DNA from: Deltaproteobacteria bacterium
GTDB taxonomy: Bacteria > Bdellovibrionota_C > UBA2361 > OMII01
Reading direction: 5' to 3'
NCBI GenBank assembly: GCA_947488865.1
Contig: CANLCB010000002.1
Span: 1-61,614 of the forward strand
DNA length: 61,614 bases
The first letter of the stretch is position 1; the number at the start of each line of letters is the position of its first letter. Both the position numbers and the translations under genes were made by a program. The notes under the pieces are model-generated. The model saw only the letters and a list, made by a program, of their open reading frames with translations, did not search any database and was not told the DNA's origin. Shown in pieces: positions 48,820-57,708 of the stretch.

Positions 48820-50052
48820 CTACTCGTATCGAAGCGCGTCGAGGATCTCGATTCGAGACGCCCTCCACGCTGGACCTACGCCGAACGCCACGCCTACGAA
48901 GACAGCGAGAAAGAACGCCGGCAGTACGATCCACATCGGCGCTCGCATATCAAAGTACGGGAACGCGAAGTAGAGCCCATAGGTGATAAGGACAGCACCG
49001 CCCACACCAACGAGGCCGCCGAGCACCGAGAGTGATATCGCCTCCGCGAGGAGCTGTTTCATAATATCGACGCGGCGGGCGCCGACCGCGCGGCGGATGC
49101 CGATCTCTTGAGTTCGCTCGACAACTGTTACCCACATAATGTTCATGATGCCGATGCCTCCCACCACCATTGAGATGGCGGCTATCGCGGCAAGTACGTA
49201 GGTCAGCATAGAGAGGATCGTATTCATACTCTCCATCATGGATATCTGAGTCATGATGGTGAAGTCTTCCTCTCCGTCACGTCGCTCTTTGAGGATCTCA
49301 GTCATCTCGGCGACGGCGTCATCCATACCCACTCGAGAGGAGGCCTTGGCGCGAATTCCGAAAAGTTTGTCGTCGTTAAAGAGTTTGAGCGCCGCTTCAG
49401 TTGGGATGAATCCGAGCTCGTCAAAGTCGAGTCCGAGTTTGTTTCCCATAGGCGCTAGTACACCTACGATCCGGTACTCGCTTTCATTGAGTTTAACGCT
49501 GAGTCCCACAGGATCGGCGTCACCAAACAGCTCTGTTGCCACATTTTGTCCCAGGACAACGACTCGTCGGCCGTATTCGTCCTCTTCGCGTGAGAAGTAC
49601 TCTCCCCGGCCTACTTTGATGTTTAGAATGTGGGGGAATTGCTCGTTCGTGCCAAAAACGGTGATGTTCGCTAACGCGTCTTCATAGCGGACCGAAACTG
49701 TGCCGAGCACGAGTCCAGAGACGGCTTCGAGATTCAGAGCGCGTTTCTCAATCGCCTGCACGTCGGCGGTTGTCATTTTTCTTTGAGCCGCCCCTACGGG
49801 AGGACCGAGGTGCGTTTTACGATCGGATTTACCAGGTTGGACGATAATGAGATTTGTTCCGAGTCCCTCAAATTCACTGGTAACGTAGTTCTTCGCTCCT
49901 TGCCCGACGGAAACGAGGAGGACGATGGCGCCCACACCAATCACCATTCCGAGGATAGTAAGTGCCGTTCTCAGCTTTTGAGAGAGGAGGGATTCAAAGC
50001 TGAGGCGAACGATCTCTTTAACTTGCACGACGGTCCTCCACGAGTTCGCCAT
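48820..50052 (-). CDS. ABC transporter permease (FtsX/MacB-type)
   Basis: LRTALTILGMVIGVGAIV first TM, large periplasmic domain, C-terminal FtsX 3-TM bundle with EIGIRRAVGARR. Start is uncertain: ATG at 50052 or GTG at 50028. The ORF-track start at 50079 overlaps the ATPase by 62 nt. Confidence 0.88.
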   Translation of the reverse strand: MANSWRTVVQVKEIVRLSFESLLSQKLRTALTILGMVIGVGAIVLLVSVGQGAKNYVTSEFEGLGTNLIIVQPGKSDRKTHLGPPVGAAQRKMTTADVQAIEKRALNLEAVSGLVLGTVSVRYEDALANITVFGTNEQFPHILNIKVGRGEYFSREEDEYGRRVVVLGQNVATELFGDADPVGLSVKLNESEYRIVGVLAPMGNKLGLDFDELGFIPTEAALKLFNDDKLFGIRAKASSRVGMDDAVAEMTEILKERRDGEEDFTIMTQISMMESMNTILSMLTYVLAAIAAISMVVGGIGIMNIMWVTVVERTQEIGIRRAVGARRVDIMKQLLAEAISLSVLGGLVGVGGAVLITYGLYFAFPYFDMRAPMWIVLPAFFLAVFVGVAFGVGPAWRASRIEILDALRYE

Positions 50053-50716
50053 CTCGAAGCGACAGCGTGCGGTGGGCATGTCCCGCTATCGCTGGATCGT
50101 GGCTCACCATAATGATGGTAACACCTTCCGCGTTCAGGCGATCGAAGAGCGTGATGATTTCTTTGCCGCTTTTCGAGTCGAGGTTGCCTGTGGGCTCGTC
50201 AGCGAAGAGGAGTTTTGGACGATTAACTATCGCGCGAGCGATAGCGACTCGTTGCCGCTGTCCGCCGGAGAGCTCGTTTGGGAGATGATTCATGCGGTTT
50301 TCAAGCCCAACCATCGTAAGCGCGTCGGCGGCTCGGGCTCGTTGTTCTGCCTCTGGGAGGGCAGCTTCATACGTGCCAGCGTACACGAGAGGCATCATGA
50401 CATTTCGTAAGGCGGTGGCTCTCGGTAGGAGATGAAAGCTTTGAAAGACGAAGCCCATGAACTTGTTTCTAAGTTGGGCACGTTCGGTGTCCGAGAGATT
50501 TTCGACTGGGGTGCCCTGCAATAGATAGCGACCGTTTGTTGGTTTATCGAGGAGTCCAAGGATGTAAAGGAGAGTGGATTTGCCGCTCCCCGATGGGCCT
50601 GTGATAGAGATGAACTCGCCTGGTTCGATTGAGAGGCTCATCGATCGAATGGCGTGGATCTCTTCGTCGCCACGACGAAAGACCTTGTCGAGCCCTTCTA
50701 TAGAGATGAGAGCCAT
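50018..50716 (-). CDS. ABC transporter ATP-binding protein (MacB/LolD-like)
   Basis: 232 aa, Walker A GPSGSGKST, signature LSGGQRQR, Walker B LLFADEPTGNLD. Confidence 0.95.
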   Translation of the reverse strand: MALISIEGLDKVFRRGDEEIHAIRSMSLSIEPGEFISITGPSGSGKSTLLYILGLLDKPTNGRYLLQGTPVENLSDTERAQLRNKFMGFVFQSFHLLPRATALRNVMMPLVYAGTYEAALPEAEQRARAADALTMVGLENRMNHLPNELSGGQRQRVAIARAIVNRPKLLFADEPTGNLDSKSGKEIITLFDRLNAEGVTIIMVSHDPAIAGHAHRTLSLRDGELVEDRRAS

Positions 50717-50728
50717 AAATCCCTTGGA

Positions 50729-51721
50729 TTATCGAATCGGTTTGACGAGGAGACCGTCTTTTAACTCAACTTTATCGGAAGGGAGGATGACCTCATCTCC
50801 CTCGGATAACCCAGAGACGATCTCGCTCACCGTGTACCCAAAAATTCCTACTTCAACAGGTGTCTTTTTAGCTGTAGAGCTTTCTAATCGATAGGCGTAG
50901 CGACTCCCGCCACGTCCGAGAAGAGCTTTCGTGGCAACTGTTAGCGCGTTGTCTTTTGTCGCTATTATGACTTCGACATCCGCGGAGGCCCCGGCGGGAA
51001 GGAGGATTTCCTCATTCTCGATTGATAGTTCGATCTCTGAGGTTCGGTCCTGCTCACGAATACTGCTGACGAACGGTACTACTTTTCGAACGGTGGCTTT
51101 GAACGGTTCTCTGCGGACCGCGAGAATCTTTATTCTCGCGGGAAAGCCCACCTTAATCTTTGGAAGATCGACTTCATCTATTTCGGCACGCACGTACCGC
51201 GGAGAGAAATCTACAATTCGGATTGGCGCTTGAGTCATGATCGCCGTGATCTGCGAAAGTTGCCCGACTTCCAAGTTTAACTCAGCGATGATGCCATCAT
51301 AGGGAGCCTTGATAAGGCTTTTCTCATAGCCGATAACAGCCGCGTCGAAGGCGGCATGGGCCTGAGTGAGTCCACTTTGAGACATCGCGCTGCTCTTGCT
51401 GAGCTTCTCCGCGCGTTCAAGTTCTTGCTTCGTATAATCGAGACGAGAGATCAGATCTTCGTTCTCTACTTGGGCGAGTACCTGTCCTTTGCGAACGGAG
51501 TCCCCGAGCTTTACGTTAAGTTCCTTTACGCGACCGACGGTTCCGAACGCGAGCTCCGCGACCTGTTCTGCTTTGACCGTGCCGGAGTTAACGCTTGAGA
51601 CAGTCGCCTCTACTCGACTTCGTCCCACTTTAATTACGGAAACTTCTGGCTTTGAGCGACAGCCGCTGGATGCCGCCACCACAAGCGCTGAAAAGATAAT
51701 TGAGGTGAGAAGGGGGCGCAT
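50729..51721 (-). CDS. efflux transporter periplasmic adaptor subunit (HlyD/MacA-type membrane fusion protein)
   Basis: 330 aa, lipobox-like SSGC, biotinyl-lipoyl hairpin (GTVGRVKELNVKLGDSVRKGQVLAQVE ... APYDGIIAELNLEVGQ). First gene of a three-gene efflux operon. Confidence 0.88.
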   Translation of the reverse strand: MRPLLTSIIFSALVVAASSGCRSKPEVSVIKVGRSRVEATVSSVNSGTVKAEQVAELAFGTVGRVKELNVKLGDSVRKGQVLAQVENEDLISRLDYTKQELERAEKLSKSSAMSQSGLTQAHAAFDAAVIGYEKSLIKAPYDGIIAELNLEVGQLSQITAIMTQAPIRIVDFSPRYVRAEIDEVDLPKIKVGFPARIKILAVRREPFKATVRKVVPFVSSIREQDRTSEIELSIENEEILLPAGASADVEVIIATKDNALTVATKALLGRGGSRYAYRLESSTAKKTPVEVGIFGYTVSEIVSGLSEGDEVILPSDKVELKDGLLVKPIR

Positions 51722-51860
51722 AGAGCTTCCGAGTATAGGTTGTTTGCGGAGCGGGGGCCGCCTGTTAGGCGTCAGTGATAGTTCTACTATGAGGGGGAAC
51801 GCCTCACAACCGTATGTAGTGTCAGTGTGCTCAGGCTGTGAGGGAAGGGGGAGGGAAAGG

Positions 51861-51888
51861 AAAAAGGGGCTCCCGGAGCCCCTTTTTT
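51861..51888. terminator. bidirectional Rho-independent terminator
   Basis: AAAAA-GGGGCTCC-C-GGAGCCCC-TTTTTT. Confidence 0.8.
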
Positions 51889-51891
51889 GAG

Positions 51892-52200
51892 TTACGCCGC
51901 TCTGCGACGCGTACGAATCTTCGTTTTCGCGTTCAGAATAGCGTGTCGCGTTTTTTCGGGATTGAATCCAAAATAGCGACAGATAGAGTTAAACGAGAGA
52001 ACGTACTCCTCATCTTCGTCCATGAGGTAATCAAGAGCCTCTTGGCGAAGTTCGGGTCCGGCGCTGAGATCTTCGATTGTTCGAAGAATCATCGCTCTCA
52101 TTAATTCACTAACTGCCGTGTATCCCTTCCCACCGAGATACGCGAGATCCATTTCAGGCAAACGATCAGAACTGCTCACGATAGACTCCTTAAAAAGCAA
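51892..52200 (-). CDS. hypothetical small protein (acidic core, Arg-rich tail)
   Basis: 102-aa ORF; an internal Met at MDLAYLGG is a possible alternative start. Terminator lies immediately downstream. No recognised domain. Confidence 0.45.
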   Translation of the reverse strand: MLFKESIVSSSDRLPEMDLAYLGGKGYTAVSELMRAMILRTIEDLSAGPELRQEALDYLMDEDEEYVLSFNSICRYFGFNPEKTRHAILNAKTKIRTRRRAA

Positions 52201-52588
52201 GGATTCATTTACGGTGAAGCCGCCAACGTCCTCCGCACTCTCGCCCCATCAAAGCGAACATGAAGGGATGGGTGTGCAGGATGTAAGCATGCTCCCAAAA
52301 CCTGTGAGCAAACATAATTTAACCTGCTAGGTTCGAAGTCACCCTCGAGCCCAGACTTGACTTCGTTATGGAGGGTTTTCCTAAAGCGACGCTTAAAGGC
52401 TTGAAAAACATGCTTTTCGCCCCAAAATCATTGTTTTGAGTGCTTTTCAGGCGGTTTTAGGTAGAGGACCCCCTGGGGAACTGCCCCAGAAACCGCACAT
52501 TAAGGGAATCTGCATGCATATCCCCTTCGTGGCCCACAGAAAGAGGCCCATGAGGTGGTTTTGGTTTTTTCCGTTTTTGGAGTCCGGT

Positions 52589-53161
52589 ATGCAGAAGTCA
52601 ATATTCCTTTCTCTAGCCCTCGCGATGTGTGTTCCTGTTCTTGCTCTCGCTGAGGGGGGAGGTTCGACAACCACAGTCCCAGCATGCTCGAAAGAGGCTT
52701 GGCGAGTTGAGAAAGCCACAAAGAACCTTGACAGCGCCGTCTCCGCTCTTAAAAAACCATCTGCCCGATACGTCATTGAGCAGGAGAAGCTAAACAAAGA
52801 ACTCGCGAAGATTTTTGACGCCCTTGGTGTGGTTACCAAGACGGGCACGACGGTGTTCGATAGTTGTAAGAGCACCCTTCAGGCTGCCGGCAAAATACAA
52901 GACTTAGGCGCAAAGCCGACTTTGATGGACGCCGTGATTACAGGATGTTCGAAGGACCAGCAAAAGTCCCTCACTAAATCTCGAAATAACATGACCCGGC
53001 TTACGAAACAGTTTGATCTTAAGACGAAGCAGGGAGACGCGAAGCTGGCTCGTTTGAAGAAGACAATTGGGCAGAAGCAGAAGATTCTTGACGCATCCAC
53101 AAAGTCAAAGTCCGACGCGGAAGGGATGTTGGCTCAATGTAAGGCTCCGGCGAAGCCGTAA
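52589..53161 (+). CDS. hypothetical secreted coiled-coil protein
   Basis: ATG at 52589 gives the signal peptide MQKSIFLSLALAMCVPVLALA. The mature part is Lys-rich and helical with 4 Cys. Confidence 0.55.
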   Translation: MQKSIFLSLALAMCVPVLALAEGGGSTTTVPACSKEAWRVEKATKNLDSAVSALKKPSARYVIEQEKLNKELAKIFDALGVVTKTGTTVFDSCKSTLQAAGKIQDLGAKPTLMDAVITGCSKDQQKSLTKSRNNMTRLTKQFDLKTKQGDAKLARLKKTIGQKQKILDASTKSKSDAEGMLAQCKAPAKP

Positions 53162-53270
53162 CATCTATTCGAAGATTCGAGCGGTTTGAAAAAACGCTTT
53201 GGCGTGGCGACGCCCCTATGTAGTGGTGCGCCTCGGCGCGAGGCCCCGATGAACCCGGAGGCTTGTTCGC

Positions 53271-54302
53271 CTACAGCACCCGCTCAAGCGCGAAGTCGAT
53301 TACCGCGAAGAGAGCCTCCCCTTCAGGAGTGAGGTTGTGCAGATCGTTTCCAAGAGCTCGTGTGAGGTGCTGGGTGGCTTTGTCCGCGTAGTGGCGAGCC
53401 ATCTCTTTTGATTTTACGATGACTGGGCCGTTTCTAAGAGCCTGTAGCGCTTTATCGACATACTCGCCTTCGGTCTCTGCCTGCGGCGCTTGAAGAAGTC
53501 GTTGAGCGAGTGGATCGCCGCTCTGCAGCCACAACATATTCACCATGGATGGTTTGCGCTCAGCTATATCGAGTCCTGGGCGTTTGCCGAGTGTAGCCTC
53601 ATCCGAGGTCACATCAAGGATGTCGTCGATGATCTGGAACGCGATGCCGAGGGACTCGCCAAACGCGGACATCTCTTGAGTCGTCTCTTCTGATGATCCG
53701 GTAAGATTCGCCGCGCAGAACGCCGCAAGCCTGAACAAGGAAGCTGTTTTGCGTGTCGCGATGGTGAGAGTCTTTTCGACAGAGTGCTCGTCTTGATGCA
53801 GAAGTGTCTCTAACGCCTCTCCCTCGACAAGTTCGATGCACGCTTGTTCGGTCGCTTCGATGATTTCACGATCGAGGCGAGAGCAGAGTCCGAACGCCCG
53901 TGTCAGAAGATAGTCTCCTGAGAGCAGGGTAGCTGGAGTGCCATACTTAGCATACGGAGATGGTTTGTGTCGTCGGATCGGCGATTGATCGATGATGTCA
54001 TCGTGCATCAACGTTGCCATGTGAATCAGTTCGATGCCGGCTGAGATATCAATGATGTCAGGGGTGATCTCTGTCGCGCCAAGTGCTTTCGAGCAGAGTA
54101 GGGCGAGGATCGGTCGGATTCTTTTGCCACCGAGTGTGAGGAGGTAATCCGGAATCTCCGTCATTAGGACGACATCGGACCTAAAGGTGCTACGAATACG
54201 TGTCTCTACATCCTTAATTTCTGGGACAAGGGTAAGGGCGTGAGCGAAACGTTCTTTTGCGGATGGTTGAGAGGTGTCTGATTGAGCTGTCATTGCCGTC
54301 AT
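53271..54302 (-). CDS. ispB: polyprenyl diphosphate synthase (IspB/trans-IPPS family)
   Basis: 343 aa. First DDxxD motif MHDDIIDQSPIRRHKP, second motif FQIIDDILD. Confidence 0.9.
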   Translation of the reverse strand: MTAMTAQSDTSQPSAKERFAHALTLVPEIKDVETRIRSTFRSDVVLMTEIPDYLLTLGGKRIRPILALLCSKALGATEITPDIIDISAGIELIHMATLMHDDIIDQSPIRRHKPSPYAKYGTPATLLSGDYLLTRAFGLCSRLDREIIEATEQACIELVEGEALETLLHQDEHSVEKTLTIATRKTASLFRLAAFCAANLTGSSEETTQEMSAFGESLGIAFQIIDDILDVTSDEATLGKRPGLDIAERKPSMVNMLWLQSGDPLAQRLLQAPQAETEGEYVDKALQALRNGPVIVKSKEMARHYADKATQHLTRALGNDLHNLTPEGEALFAVIDFALERVL

Positions 54303-54344
54303 GATTAAGACAGATACCTACCACTTTATCAGTCGGTAAACCAT

Positions 54345-54706
54345 CGCTGAGGCGAGAGGGGGCCGTGCCCGCTGAGCCCAAATGCGGAATCGGGTAGAAG
54401 GTGCCGAACGTGAAACCGGGTGAAGCCGCGTTTAGCGGCGAGAGGGGGCGTAGCCCCCTGGGCTGAAATGTCGAATGGGATAGAGGGTGAAGCCGCGTTT
54501 AGCGGCGAGAGGGGGAGGCCCCCTGGGCCCGAATGCCGAATGTGAAACCTGGGCCCGAATGCCGAATTGGATAGAGGGTGAAGCCGCGTTCAGCGGCGAG
54601 AGGGGGCGTAGCCCCTTGGGCTGAAATGCCGAATGGGATAGACGGTGAAGCCGCGTTCAGCGGCGAGAGGGGGAGGCCCCCTGGGCCCGAATGCCGAATG
54701 TGAAAA
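54345..54706 (-). repeat. tandem array of ~67-bp hairpin-containing repeats (about 5 units, alternating A/B variants)
   Basis: The unit-start motif GGTGAAGCCGCGTT(T/C)AGCGGCGAGAGGGGG occurs at 54419, 54486, 54577 and 54644, giving periods of 67, 91 and 67 bp. A degenerate copy lies at 54345-54418. Each unit contains GGGGG(CGTAG/AGG)CCCCC and GCCGCGTT(T/C)AGCGGC hairpins. Confidence 0.9.
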
Positions 54707-54707
54707 T

Positions 54708-54782
54708 TGTCCCCAGCGGGATTCGAACCCGCGTCTTCACCGTGAAAGGGTGACGTCCTAGGCCAGGCTAGACGATAGGGAC
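54708..54782 (-). tRNA. tRNA-Glu (anticodon UUC)
   Basis: The reverse complement is GTCCCTATCGTCTAGCCTGGCCTAGGACGTCACCCTTTCACGGTGAAGACGCGGGTTCGAATCCCGCTGGGGACA. It has a 7-bp acceptor stem, anticodon loop CTTTCAC, and T-arm GCGGG-TTCGAAT-CCCGC. CCA is not encoded. Confidence 0.93.
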
Positions 54783-54972
54783 ACAAAAATCGGGCAGTTT
54801 CGGTAGTGTTTTGAACGTAATCTTGCGACTATTTCTACCTATCCCCTTAGCCAAGGGGCCAGCCCACTTTTCCGGGTCGACGTATCGCCCCGTAAAGGAG
54901 GCATAGAGTTATCTGAGTTAAGGCGGGCGGTCAACCCTTAGCCGTAAGTTATTGTGCTTGTTTGCGCGTCCT

Positions 54973-56154
54973 ATGAGGCCCTTACCCTTTGAAACCTTAC
55001 AGCTTCTAGCCGCTCAGGCGGGGCTATCGGTGTTATCGGTGGCGGGACCTGAGGCTCTAGCGGTTGATGGTGGGCGGCTGCGCGCGTGGCAGGAGGCAGG
55101 GTATGCCGCCGACATGGGGTATATGGAGCGCCCTCCTGAGCTTCTATCTGACCCCAGCCGTCTCTTAGAGTCGGTCAAAAGTATCCTCGTTATCGCCGCT
55201 TTCTATGACCGGGTAGCCCGTCCTCCGCTACCCCTAGGACACGGAAGGGTGGCTCGATACGCCTGGGGTAAGGATTATCACAAAGTGCTTCGAGAGCGCC
55301 TCACCCGCCTAGCGGAGCTGGTCAGGGGGCACCTTGGGGAGAGTGTCGAGTATCGTGTCTTCTCGGATTCAGTGCCCCTCCTTGAGCGGGCCCTCTCTGC
55401 TAAATCGGGACTTACCTTCATAGGTAAGAACACCATGGCGATCATCCCAGGGCAGGGGAGCTTCTTTTTCATTGGTGAGGTGCTATGGAACGTGGAAGTC
55501 GAGCCGCCGTTAGAGTCTCCTGGCGCGAAGGGACGGTGCGGCGCTTGTTCTAACTGCCTCGATAAGTGTCCTACAAACGCGTTCGTTTCTGAGCGTACCC
55601 TCGACGCGGGCCGTTGTATTTCGTACCTGACTATCGAGAAGCGGGGAGTGTTGAGTTACAACGAGCGGTCGTGGTTAGGGGAGTGGATCTTCGGGTGTGA
55701 TGTCTGTCAGGAGGTGTGCCCCTTCAACATCGTGCCCTTAAAAACGGGGAAGACCGCCGCTCTTCCAGAGCTTTCGTCTGAGGCCGGGGTCGGCTCTATG
55801 CTTTCGCTTGAGCGCGTTCTCTCTATGCGAACCGATGAAGAATTCAGGAAGGTCTTTCAAGGCACAGCCATAGTGCGGACGAAGCGCGAGGGGCTCCTGC
55901 GTAATGCCGCCGTGGTGAGCGCCAATACTCATTCGGTGAATCTCTTTGAGCTCTTACTCGAACGGGCTGAAAAAGACCCTTCGATCGTTGTGCGTCGCCA
56001 CGCCTTGTGGGCGGCGGCGACCATCGCTTCGAAAGAGGGGGCGGTGAAAGAATGGCAGGTTCGCTCCCTCGTGGGGCGCCTGTCACAGGAAGGAGATTCC
56101 TCTCTTGGCGAAGAGATTGAGGGCATTTCCTCCCAGTTGCCAAATTTGGTGTGA
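54973..56154 (+). CDS. queG: epoxyqueuosine reductase QueG
   Basis: Two 4Fe-4S ferredoxin motifs (CGACSNCLDKCP and CDVCQEVCP), SRLIT-like FIGKNTM, and a C-terminal HEAT-like region. ATG at 54973 preferred. Confidence 0.88.
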   Translation: MRPLPFETLQLLAAQAGLSVLSVAGPEALAVDGGRLRAWQEAGYAADMGYMERPPELLSDPSRLLESVKSILVIAAFYDRVARPPLPLGHGRVARYAWGKDYHKVLRERLTRLAELVRGHLGESVEYRVFSDSVPLLERALSAKSGLTFIGKNTMAIIPGQGSFFFIGEVLWNVEVEPPLESPGAKGRCGACSNCLDKCPTNAFVSERTLDAGRCISYLTIEKRGVLSYNERSWLGEWIFGCDVCQEVCPFNIVPLKTGKTAALPELSSEAGVGSMLSLERVLSMRTDEEFRKVFQGTAIVRTKREGLLRNAAVVSANTHSVNLFELLLERAEKDPSIVVRRHALWAAATIASKEGAVKEWQVRSLVGRLSQEGDSSLGEEIEGISSQLPNLV

Positions 56155-56176
56155 GGTCGCAAACTGGTGCGACTTT

Positions 56177-56782
56177 ATGAAAAATATCTTCACCATACTC
56201 ATCGCTTCGCTCGCTATCTTCACCACTGGCTGCGCTCCTGAACTTGGATTGAAAGTCGCGCCACCAGATGTTCCTTCTCAACTGAAGGAAGATAAAGAGA
56301 AGACCCCGAAGGCTGAGGCTAAGCCCCTTATGGGTGTAAAGGTCAGAGTGTCGCCTCTCTTGGATGGTCGTAGCTCGGATACTATCGTAGTAATCGATGG
56401 ACGAAGCATCCCATCAGAGGGGCCCGTAGGAGTGTCCGCCCAAGCTGGTCTCGAGCGACAGATTCGTGAGGCTGGTGGGCGCATTGCCGTACTTCAGTCG
56501 TCGACCATCGAGGGTGAGGTTGTGGAGTGGCTCGCAAAGGTTAAGCCGAGCTTCCCACTCTCTGACGTGAGCGCAAAGGCAAAGATTAAGATTACCGTTC
56601 GTGACGCTCAGCAAAAAGTTCTGTATCGCGGAACCTACGGAGGCGAGGCCAATAAGCGAGATCCGTTCTTAGGAGAGCGTGATGTGCAAGAGGCTCTCGG
56701 TGACGCGATGGCTCGAGCGATCAGCGCCGCTGTCGCTGACGAAGTAATGGCGCAGCAGCTGATGAGTGCGGGGCGGAAGTAA
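56177..56782 (+). CDS. hypothetical lipoprotein
   Basis: ATG at 56177 gives MKNIFTILIASLAIFTTGC (lipobox). 201 aa with no recognised domain. Confidence 0.6.
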   Translation: MKNIFTILIASLAIFTTGCAPELGLKVAPPDVPSQLKEDKEKTPKAEAKPLMGVKVRVSPLLDGRSSDTIVVIDGRSIPSEGPVGVSAQAGLERQIREAGGRIAVLQSSTIEGEVVEWLAKVKPSFPLSDVSAKAKIKITVRDAQQKVLYRGTYGGEANKRDPFLGERDVQEALGDAMARAISAAVADEVMAQQLMSAGRK

Positions 56783-56834
56783 CGGCTTCTGTTTTCATCG
56801 TGCCTCTGTGGTTCCGATTTGAATCGGGGCTTTT

Positions 56835-56920
56835 GTACCTGCGGCCGGCGAGGCCGCCGGCCCTCCAATGTACTCACGTGGGATTCCTGGAGGGCCGGCG
56901 GCCTCGCCGGCCGCGGGTAC
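56835..56920 (+). repeat. 86-bp GC-rich palindromic element, copy 1
   Basis: GTACCTGCGGCCGGCGAGGCCGCCGGCCCTCCA - ATGTACTCACGTGGGATTCC - TGGAGGGCCGGCGGCCTCGCCGGCCGCGGGTAC. The arms are 33 nt and complementary except for one T/G position. Confidence 0.95.
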
Positions 56921-57023
56921 GAATGCTACCGTTCCGCTCCGTTTTCTATATCCGCATGCCAAACCGTTTAGGGTTGAGCAACTAACTGAGCTAAGCGTAG
57001 ATTTGAGCTGAAAGGCAACAACC

Positions 57024-57482
57024 ATGCACATTCAAAACGACCCCAAGAAAAATCCCGTCCCTCAAATCCCCTCAGTCCCTGAATCCGAATTAGTATTTGA
57101 GACGGCCCGTTCGAGTGGTCCCGGAGGTCAAAACGTCAATAAGGTTGAGACGAAGGTACGCGTAGTCTTTGACCTCTGGGCATCTCCGGCGTTTACCTTT
57201 GAACAGAAGGGCGCGATCGTCCGAGACGTGGATGTGCAAAGGCATATCCGCAAAGACGGAAAAGTCGCCGTGTCATCCCAAGTTCACCGATCTCAAGCGA
57301 TGAACAAGGAAGAGGCTATTAAAAAATTGAACGCGATGATTTCGGTCGCGCTGACTCCCGAGCGAGAGCGAGTCGCCACCGAGCCTCCACCCTCAGTCGA
57401 GATAGATCGTCGTCGGGGCAAGGATTATCGAGCTTCTCGGAAAGAGGATAGGCGGCGTGATTATTCGCGAGAGGGGGAGTGA
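57024..57482 (+). CDS. arfB: alternative ribosome-rescue factor ArfB (class I release-factor GGQ domain, peptidyl-tRNA hydrolase)
   Basis: 152 aa, SSGPGGQNVNKVETKV GGQ motif, basic C-terminal tail (RRRGKDYRASRKEDRRRDYSR). Confidence 0.88.
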   Translation: MHIQNDPKKNPVPQIPSVPESELVFETARSSGPGGQNVNKVETKVRVVFDLWASPAFTFEQKGAIVRDVDVQRHIRKDGKVAVSSQVHRSQAMNKEEAIKKLNAMISVALTPERERVATEPPPSVEIDRRRGKDYRASRKEDRRRDYSREGE

Positions 57483-57538
57483 GCGAAAGTCGCTTGGGTT
57501 TAGTTCGTGCTGTTCAGGGTGGGATTCCGGGAACATTT

Positions 57539-57624
57539 GTACCCGCGGCCGGCGAGGCCGCCGGCCCTCCAATGCACTCACGTGGGATTCCTGGAGGGCC
57601 GGCGGCCTCGCCGGCCGCATGTAC
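57539..57624 (+). repeat. 86-bp GC-rich palindromic element, copy 2 (same orientation as copy 1)
   Basis: GTACCCGCGGCCGGCGAGGCCGCCGGCCCTCCA - ATGCACTCACGTGGGATTCC - TGGAGGGCCGGCGGCCTCGCCGGCCGCATGTAC. It differs from copy 1 at 4 positions. Confidence 0.95.
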
Positions 57625-57708
57625 TAATGTTGCGCGATTACCGCAACGATACGTGCTTTAGCTTGGGCCCGACACTACCAGCGGAATGAGATCTGATTAG
57701 TCGCTTCG

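Noticed and set aside
54345-54706. Possible CRISPR array, given regularly spaced GC-rich repeats with hairpins
   Set aside because: The units abut each other with no unique spacers. The unit length of ~67 bp is far above CRISPR repeat size. No cas genes are present in the window. I treat it as a tandem repeat.
54499-54786. 95-aa ORF on the minus strand
   Set aside because: It lies entirely within the tandem repeat array and runs through the tRNA-Glu gene. The peptide is an internally repeated translation of the DNA repeat.
56635-57689. Several 60-80-aa ORFs on both strands (56635-56877, 56795-57031, 56800-56985, 57393-57620, 57479-57661, 57507-57689)
   Set aside because: They exist only because the GC-rich 86-bp palindromes lack stop codons. 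The same peptide string (RPARPPALQ..GRRPRRP) recurs in both orientations. They overlap arfB or the lipoprotein gene.
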